DNA of 11,700 nucleotides, from the NCBI GenBank assembly GCA_040755455.1, contig JBFMAY010000066.1:1-11700 (forward strand), read 5' to 3'. The stretch is from Thermodesulfobacteriota bacterium (lineage in GTDB: Bacteria; Desulfobacterota; Desulfobulbia; Desulfobulbales; SURF-16). Below, one piece after another: positions 5,573 to 11,700 of the stretch. The notes beneath the pieces were generated by a model that had not been told where the DNA came from, searched no databases, and worked only from the letters and a program-made list of their open reading frames with translations. The stretch's first letter is position 1, and each line of letters opens with the position of its first letter. The position numbers and the translations under genes were made by a program.

Positions 5573-8443
5573 ATGGCACATAAAAAGCTGATACTGATAG
5601 GAGTCGTGCTCAGCGCAATCTTCTGGATGATTGAGGCTGCCACGCATGTTTATATCTTTTACGACGGCACCTTTTTTCAACAGCTATTTAGCCCGGCAGC
5701 ACACGAAGTCTGGATGCGTTCAATAGTAGTGGTTATGTTCATTGCGTTCAGCATTTATGCTGACTTCATCATTAATATCCGCAGACGGGCCGAGGAGGCA
5801 ACCAGGCAGGCACACGCGGAACTCAATCAGGTTCTTGATACCGCGGCCGACGGGATGCGTCTGATTGACAAAGACTTCAAGATACTTCGGGTTAACGACA
5901 CATTCTCGGCCCTAGCAGGCTTAGGCAAGGATGAAGCAATAGGTAAAAAGTGCTATGAGGTGTTTCGTGGCCCTCTGTGTCATTCTCCTGCCTGTCCAAT
6001 GAACCGTATTCTCCAGGGCGAAGGGCGCGTCGAATGTGATGTTGAAAAACAACGATGTGATGGCACCACAGTGCCGTGTATTCTGACGGCAACTCCGTTT
6101 CGGACTTCCGACGGAAAACTACTTGGTATAATCGAGGACTTTAAAGACATCACCAAGCGGAAACAGGCAAAGGCGGCCCTGGTGGAGAGCGAAAGACAAA
6201 AACAGACTATTCTGGATGCTTCAGTTGATGTGATTGTGCAGATTGATACGGAGATGCGGATAGTTTGGGCAAACAGAACGGCCGGGGCCATACTTAATGA
6301 AAAGCCAGAGAATCTCATGGGACATACCTGTCATAAAGTTTATCAAAACTCCGACACTCCCTGCCCTGATTGTCCCTGCAAAAGGGCCTTGGAAAGCGGA
6401 CAGATTGAGCACGGCATCAAGTATCAGCCGGCCATGAACGTTGTTGGAGAATCCTACTGGGAGGATTATGGGGTCCCGCTCAAGAATGAAGCCGGTGAAG
6501 TGGTTGGACTCATTGAGATAGCGCGAAATGTTACGGAAAAAATGAAGGCCGAAAAGGCCCTGAGAGAGGGTGGGGAAAAACTGGCGGGGATCGTCGAATC
6601 GGTAACCGATCTCATGATCATGGTGGACGAGCATTTTAATATTTTATGGGCAAACGACCGGGCAGCTGATTTCTGCCGCATGGATCCGGTTGGTGCGAAG
6701 TGCTATGATGCTTACCATAAAAGTGATAAAAATTGTGTATCATGCATCGTCAAGGAATGTTTCAAAGACGGCGAAGTCCACGAGTTTGAGACGGCAATCG
6801 TTGGGCCGGATGGGGAACAGCGAGTCTTCTGGGGCACGGCGAGTGTGGCTGCGCGTTATGAGGACGGCCGCCCCAGGGCGGTGATAGAATTTCTCCGCGA
6901 TATCACGGAGCGCAAACAGGCTGACAGGGACATCAAGACACTCAAACAACAAATGGAGTTCATCCTTGGAGCCACAAAAACCGGTCTCGATATTATTGAT
7001 TCACAATTCAACATCAGATACATCGATCCGGAATGGAAAAAGCTCTATGGCGATCCCGCTGGAAGAAAGTGTTATGAATACTTTATGGGTAAAAATGAAA
7101 TGTGTCCTGACTGCGGAATCCTTAAGGCCCTGAAGACAAAAACCATCACTGTCACGGGAGAAGTTCTGGTTAAGGAAAACAACAGGCCGATTCAGGTTAC
7201 TACCATACCATTCCAGGATGAAAAAGGGGAATGGCTGGTGGCTGAAGTCAATGTGGACATTACGGAACGTAAGAAGGCCGAGGAAGAAAAAGAAAAACTA
7301 GAAGCCCAGCTCCATCACGCCAACAAGATGGAGGCCATCGGCACCCTTGCCGGTGGTATTGCCCATGATTTCAACAATTTGCTTACGGGAATTCAAGGCC
7401 GTGTTTCGCTGATGCTTATGGATACCCATCATTCCAACGCCTATTTTAAATACCTTAAAGAAATAGAAGACATCGTCCACAGAGGGGCGCATCTCACAAA
7501 ACAGCTCCTTGGCTTTGCCAGACGCGGGAAATACGAGATTAAACCCACTGATCTCAACGCGCTCATTGAAAAGAGTTCGGAGATGTTTGGCCGCACCCAG
7601 AAAGAGATAAGGATTCACAGCAAATACCAGGAAGACATCTGGATAACGGAAGTAGATGCAAGCCAAATTGAACAAGCACTCTTGAATCTTTATGTCAATG
7701 CCTTGCAGGCCATGCCTGGAGGCGGTGATCTCTATATCCAAACCAAAAACGTCACACTGGCTGAGAGCTATATCAAGCCCTTTAGCGTCAAACCAGGTGA
7801 ATATGTGAAGATTTCAGTTACCGATACAGGGGTCGGTATGGACAAGGCTACTCAACAAAGGGTATTCGAGCCATTCTTTACCACCAAAGAAATGGGAAAA
7901 GGCACCGGATTGGGCCTTGCCTCTACTTATGGAATCATCAAAAATCACGGCGGTATCATAAATGTTTACAGTGAGCTAGGCCATGGAACTACTTTTACCA
8001 TTTATCTGCCTACCTCGAAAAAGGAAATAGCAGCAGAAGAGAAGACGCCTGATTTTCTGTGTAGAGGCAAGGAAACCATCCTCCTCGTTGATGATGAGGA
8101 TATCGTTATTGATGTTAGCCAAAAGGTTTTGGAGGCACTGGGTTACCGGGCTTTATTGGCGCGAAACGGGCATGAAGCCCTAGAGGTTTATAAAAAACAT
8201 AAAGACGCGATTGACATGGTCGTCCTTGATATGATCATGCCGGACATGGGCGGTGGTGCAATTTATGATCGATTGAAGGAGATTAATCCTCATATAAAAT
8301 GCCTGCTGGCCAGCGGATATAGTATAAACGGCCAGGCCAACGAGATATTGAAACGCGGTTGTAATGATTTTATTCAGAAGCCATTCACTATGGAGCAACT
8401 TTCACAAAAGGTAAGAGAAGTCTTAGGGCCTGTCCAAAAATAA
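5573..8443 (+). CDS. Membrane-bound hybrid sensor histidine kinase/response regulator with four PAS domains
   Basis: Two N-terminal hydrophobic helices; four PAS/PAC repeats ending DITKRK, NVTEKM, DITERK and DITERK; H-box GGIAHDFNNLL; N-box NLYVNA; DTGVGM, FEPFFTTK and GTGLGL; receiver domain LLVDDE...LDMIMP...FIQKPF. ATG 5573 is preferred over TTG 5558, which lies in the IS repeat. Confidence 0.95.
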   Translation: MAHKKLILIGVVLSAIFWMIEAATHVYIFYDGTFFQQLFSPAAHEVWMRSIVVVMFIAFSIYADFIINIRRRAEEATRQAHAELNQVLDTAADGMRLIDKDFKILRVNDTFSALAGLGKDEAIGKKCYEVFRGPLCHSPACPMNRILQGEGRVECDVEKQRCDGTTVPCILTATPFRTSDGKLLGIIEDFKDITKRKQAKAALVESERQKQTILDASVDVIVQIDTEMRIVWANRTAGAILNEKPENLMGHTCHKVYQNSDTPCPDCPCKRALESGQIEHGIKYQPAMNVVGESYWEDYGVPLKNEAGEVVGLIEIARNVTEKMKAEKALREGGEKLAGIVESVTDLMIMVDEHFNILWANDRAADFCRMDPVGAKCYDAYHKSDKNCVSCIVKECFKDGEVHEFETAIVGPDGEQRVFWGTASVAARYEDGRPRAVIEFLRDITERKQADRDIKTLKQQMEFILGATKTGLDIIDSQFNIRYIDPEWKKLYGDPAGRKCYEYFMGKNEMCPDCGILKALKTKTITVTGEVLVKENNRPIQVTTIPFQDEKGEWLVAEVNVDITERKKAEEEKEKLEAQLHHANKMEAIGTLAGGIAHDFNNLLTGIQGRVSLMLMDTHHSNAYFKYLKEIEDIVHRGAHLTKQLLGFARRGKYEIKPTDLNALIEKSSEMFGRTQKEIRIHSKYQEDIWITEVDASQIEQALLNLYVNALQAMPGGGDLYIQTKNVTLAESYIKPFSVKPGEYVKISVTDTGVGMDKATQQRVFEPFFTTKEMGKGTGLGLASTYGIIKNHGGIINVYSELGHGTTFTIYLPTSKKEIAAEEKTPDFLCRGKETILLVDDEDIVIDVSQKVLEALGYRALLARNGHEALEVYKKHKDAIDMVVLDMIMPDMGGGAIYDRLKEINPHIKCLLASGYSINGQANEILKRGCNDFIQKPFTMEQLSQKVREVLGPVQK

Positions 8444-8635
8444 CATGATCATCTTGCATCTCATCCATGAGCCATCTCTGGCCGCGGCTTGTGGGATCGC
8501 AAAATCCCCGACGTAGCACTGCTACGCCTGCGGTTTTGTGCCGCGAAACAAATGCCCCTGGGGCGCTCAATCGCCGCAGCCGAATCTGACCCGAATCCGG
8601 GCGCAATTTTGCCCATGTTATTTTCGAACAGGCAC
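8426..8635. mobile_element. MITE-like element (~210 bp) with terminal inverted repeats and TA duplication
   Basis: TTAGGGCCTGTCCAAAAATAACATG (8423-8447) matches the reverse complement of 8614-8638 at 22/25 positions. TA flanks both sides (8424-8425, 8636-8637). Internal hairpin CGTAGC-ACT-GCTACG at 8512-8526. No credible coding capacity. Confidence 0.75.
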
Positions 8636-8658
8636 TAACCGCGAAGCGCGACCCGGAA

Positions 8659-8674
8659 TGGCATCTTGATTGCT
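8659..8674 (+). promoter_or_regulatory. sigma54 (RpoN) -24/-12 promoter
   Basis: TGGCAT-CTTGA-TTGCT matches consensus TGGCAC-N5-TTGCW with exact GG-N10-GC spacing, 120 nt upstream of ATG 8795. Confidence 0.7.
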
Positions 8675-8794
8675 TATTCGAAGGAGTTGTTTCACTTTTT
8701 TGTAACACTTCGCCCTTTATTGAGGCTTGCGAAAATTCCGGCCATCCAATGGCCGATTGATTTTTCACGAGCTCATCAAGGTTGCTGGACGTCC

Positions 8795-10981
8795 ATGAGA
8801 TCAATATCCAGGCACAAAGGTATTGGGGTTGGTGTATTAGCAGCCATCCTTATTATCATTCTGACCTATTCGGGATTGTTTACAGATGTATTACAACGCC
8901 TGGAACACTGGGCCCTTGATTATCGATTCCGTCTGACCTGTAGTGATATGGATTCTTCCGAAATAGTTATTGTGGCTGTCGATGACGAGTCTATCCGGAA
9001 ACTGGGCCGATGGCCGTGGCCCCGTTCATATCATGCTCAACTAATAGATATACTCAATCGGGCCAAAAGCAGAATCATAGGCCTTGATATCATTTTTTCC
9101 ACACCCGACCCGCGAGAAGATCCTCAATTAGTTGCGGCTATTAAAAATGCACGAAATGTGATAATAGCTGCCTATCCCACACTGCCAACCAGGATGTCCT
9201 TTGCCAGAGATATCCTGACGGTTGAAAATATCCAGGGCCCTGTCAAGGAGATGGCTGAGAGTGCCCGAGGAATTGGACACATTGCCGTAGTCCATGATAA
9301 CGACGGGATTGTCCGAAGGATCCCGGCGGTACTCAGAACCAAAGATACAACCATGTTGGCTTTTGGTATAGAGATTGCTGTAGCTTGTCGTGAACAGCAA
9401 CCCAGGAAAATGGGATTTGGCAGAGAGTCGCTGCAAGTGAATTCCATCGAGATCCCACTGGATACCCAAGGAAATATGCTGGTGAATTACAAGGGGGGAG
9501 CACACACGTTTACAGAGGTTCCATATCACCGGGTAATAAACGGAGAAATTCCTCCGGATATTTTTAAAGACCGCATTGTCCTGGTCGGGCTTACCGCCGG
9601 TGGTCTTGCTGACGCCTGGTCTACACCTTTTATATATGAAGGAGAGATGTCAGGGGTAGAATTGAACGCCCATGTTATTTACACAGTGCTCAACAGGGAG
9701 TTTTTCACCCATATTGACAAAAGATTGAGCGGGATTTTCATTCTCAGTTTAGGAATTCTCGCAGGTTTTATCCTCTACCGCTTTCCCCGGCAGGGCACGA
9801 TTTTTTTGCTTCTAGCGATACTCACGGTTTTTTCCGCATCCCTGTATCTCTTCCTGAAGAAGCGTATCCTGTTGGAAGTTGTTCCCCTTGTGAGTGTGCT
9901 GGTTGTCACCTATGTTCCGCTGATCCTGATCAGGAGCAGGGAAGATACCGCCGAGATCGCTAAGCGCGATCTGGAGATGTCCGCTTTATATACGACAGGG
10001 GAACTTATTAAGAATGCGGGGAACCACAGCGATGAGTTTCCGGGATTCGTCTGCCGGCTGCTTAAAAATTTACGAGGAGTGGACAGTTGTCATGTCATCC
10101 TTCACCAGGAAAGAAAGAATGCCGTGATAGATGAAAACGGCCCGGACGCGTCGGAGCGCCTGGTGAATCAGGAGATCGTGCAGAGGGTTCTGCAGACAGG
10201 CGAAGCGATTTTACAAGATAAAGATCCGGGGACAACTGGACCCGGCGGAGGCATGTATGTACCGATCAAGTTCGGTCATACGGTTTATGGGGTTTTGTTT
10301 CTGAAAGGGAAGGGGCAGTTTACGCAGAGAGATCAGGATTTTGCCGCAATATTTACTGATTACCTGGCATTTATCCTGGAAAAAAGCAGTATGGCGGATA
10401 AGGCTCAGCAGTCCTCTCTGCAGGCAGCCCAGGCTCTGCTGAGCCTTGCAGAGACCAAGTACGCCTATATCCGGGAACATTCAACTGAGGTTTCGAGGTT
10501 GGCCACCAAGATGGCAGGTATTTTGAAAATGCCGGAAAACGAACGTAAGGCTCTGCATTATGCCGCCTTGCTGCATGATCTCGGCATGACAGGGATACCG
10601 GAGGATATCGTTTATCGGTCTGAACCCCTGACGGTCGATCAGAGACTCTATCTGGAGTCTCATCCGGAAATGGGGCTGCAGGTAATCGGGCAGATGCCAT
10701 TTTTTGACGCGGCAGTGCCCATCATACGCCATCATCATGAGAGATATGACGGCAAGGGCTACCCAGAGGGACTGGCGGGCGACGAGATTCCATTGGCTGC
10801 CCAGATACTGGCCGTGGCTGACAGCTTTGTCGCTATGCTCACCGACCGGCCGTACAGGAAAGCCCTTGGCCGCAAGGAGGTTCTGACCGAAATAAAAGGG
10901 CAGGCAGGCTCCCAGTTCAGTGCCGAGGCGGTACGTGCCTTACTGCAAGCCCTGGACGAGGAGGATGATCGTGATGAATAA
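8795..10981 (+). CDS. CHASE2-GAF-HD-GYP transmembrane signalling protein (putative cyclic di-GMP phosphodiesterase)
   Basis: N-terminal TM; CHASE2 motifs IVIVAVDDESI..LGRWPWPRS, IGLDIIF, DNDGIVRR, FKDRIVLVG and MSGVELNA; three TM helices; GAF-like segment; HD-GYP motifs LLHDLG, HHHERYDGKGYPEGL and ILAVADSF..M..DRPYRKA. ATG 8795 is preferred because the track's start at 8666 lies inside the sigma54 motif. Confidence 0.92.
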   Translation: MRSISRHKGIGVGVLAAILIIILTYSGLFTDVLQRLEHWALDYRFRLTCSDMDSSEIVIVAVDDESIRKLGRWPWPRSYHAQLIDILNRAKSRIIGLDIIFSTPDPREDPQLVAAIKNARNVIIAAYPTLPTRMSFARDILTVENIQGPVKEMAESARGIGHIAVVHDNDGIVRRIPAVLRTKDTTMLAFGIEIAVACREQQPRKMGFGRESLQVNSIEIPLDTQGNMLVNYKGGAHTFTEVPYHRVINGEIPPDIFKDRIVLVGLTAGGLADAWSTPFIYEGEMSGVELNAHVIYTVLNREFFTHIDKRLSGIFILSLGILAGFILYRFPRQGTIFLLLAILTVFSASLYLFLKKRILLEVVPLVSVLVVTYVPLILIRSREDTAEIAKRDLEMSALYTTGELIKNAGNHSDEFPGFVCRLLKNLRGVDSCHVILHQERKNAVIDENGPDASERLVNQEIVQRVLQTGEAILQDKDPGTTGPGGGMYVPIKFGHTVYGVLFLKGKGQFTQRDQDFAAIFTDYLAFILEKSSMADKAQQSSLQAAQALLSLAETKYAYIREHSTEVSRLATKMAGILKMPENERKALHYAALLHDLGMTGIPEDIVYRSEPLTVDQRLYLESHPEMGLQVIGQMPFFDAAVPIIRHHHERYDGKGYPEGLAGDEIPLAAQILAVADSFVAMLTDRPYRKALGRKEVLTEIKGQAGSQFSAEAVRALLQALDEEDDRDE

Positions 10982-11700
10982 ACTGATTTTCCGTTTACCG
11001 GTTCTCACCTTACTCCTGCTGTTTATCCTGGTGCCCTGTGCCTGGGGGCAGAAGCGAGCCAGCCACAGCGCGCTGGTGATCCGCACCCAGGGGACCGTGC
11101 TGGTTTGCCGATACCAGAGCGAGGAATGGCTGGTAGCCAAACCGGGGACAAATATCTTTCAGCAGGATAAAATCAAGGTGCTTTCAGAATCAGAGGCAGA
11201 TCTCTTTGTTCAGGACTTCGCCGTGGTACGGTTAAAGGAAAACAGCCAGCTTGACCTGAGCGGGATCCAGACGGAGATCAAAAAGCCGGACTCCTCAGCC
11301 AAGGTGGCATTGCTTGAAAAATCTTCGGACACGCGGAAGAGGACCTTGCTCAATCTCTTGAAAGGCAAGATTCTTCTCTGGGTGCAAAGCATCAAGGACG
11401 GGTCACTCTTTGAGGTTCATACAGCCATTGGGGTGGCCGGGGTAAGGGGCACGCGCTTTACGGTTGCCATACCTGATCAAGATATGACCATCGTGGCGGT
11501 ATTTGAAGGATCGGTTGAGGTGAATAATATCGAGCTGCCGGACTGGATTACCCTGATCCAGGAGAACGAGGTCGTCAGCATCCGGCGGGGGGAGCATCCG
11601 AGTAAGCCCAGAAAAGTCGGGCCGGCGGAGCAGGGTGATTTGCAGGAAACGTTACAATTGCAACCGTCAGATGATGACGAGATGCTTGAGATGATGGAGA
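10974..11700 (+). CDS. Exported FecR-domain protein, truncated by the window edge
   Basis: Not in the ORF track. Manual translation gives signal peptide MNKLIFRLPVLTLLLLFILVPCAWG, then QDKIKV, VRLKENS, LLKGKI, FEVHTAIGVAGVRGTRF and VAVFEGSVEV, typical FecR motifs. RBS GAGGAGG at 10958-10964. Overlaps the upstream stop; alternative in-frame starts at 10965 and 10971. The frame stays open to the end of the window. Confidence 0.88.
   Translation, partial: MNKLIFRLPVLTLLLLFILVPCAWGQKRASHSALVIRTQGTVLVCRYQSEEWLVAKPGTNIFQQDKIKVLSESEADLFVQDFAVVRLKENSQLDLSGIQTEIKKPDSSAKVALLEKSSDTRKRTLLNLLKGKILLWVQSIKDGSLFEVHTAIGVAGVRGTRFTVAIPDQDMTIVAVFEGSVEVNNIELPDWITLIQENEVVSIRRGEHPSKPRKVGPAEQGDLQETLQLQPSDDDEMLEMME

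Noticed and set aside
8739..8765. Hairpin CGGCCAT-CCA-ATGGCCG followed by ATTGATTTTT as an intrinsic terminator/attenuator
   Set aside because: The U-tract is offset and interrupted; no further support and no recognisable riboswitch motif.
8666..8794. 43-codon N-terminal extension of the CHASE2 protein given by the ORF track
   Set aside because: Non-ATG start inside the sigma54 motif; ATG 8795 directly precedes the expected basic-plus-hydrophobic anchor.
8388..8804. 138-aa minus-strand ORF across the intergenic region
   Set aside because: Runs through the MITE and promoter, overlaps both neighbours and has no recognisable motifs.

Overview
Accessory-type region whose gene content suggests an anaerobic deltaproteobacterium (Desulfobacterota-like; inference). 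It has four parts. (1) On the minus strand, a DUF2946/CruR-CutF-like leader ORF (His-rich, CxxC, C-terminal RAPP) with a sigma70-like promoter lies upstream of a secreted-protein gene that runs off the left edge. (2) A translationally coupled three-gene operon on the plus strand encodes a divergent NusA-like protein, a TraD/VirD4-type coupling ATPase with no membrane anchor, and a membrane-anchored HD-domain protein (putative MOBH-like relaxase). (3) A 1001-bp decayed IS with perfect 15-bp terminal inverted repeats abuts the next gene. (4) A signalling block contains a hybrid histidine kinase with four Cys-rich PAS domains, a ~210-bp MITE that supplies the kinase stop codon, a sigma54-type promoter, a CHASE2-GAF-HD-GYP protein and a FecR-domain protein running off the right edge. 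The most novel candidate is the NusA-paralog/coupling protein/HD module. All family assignments come from motif recognition by eye; no searches were run.
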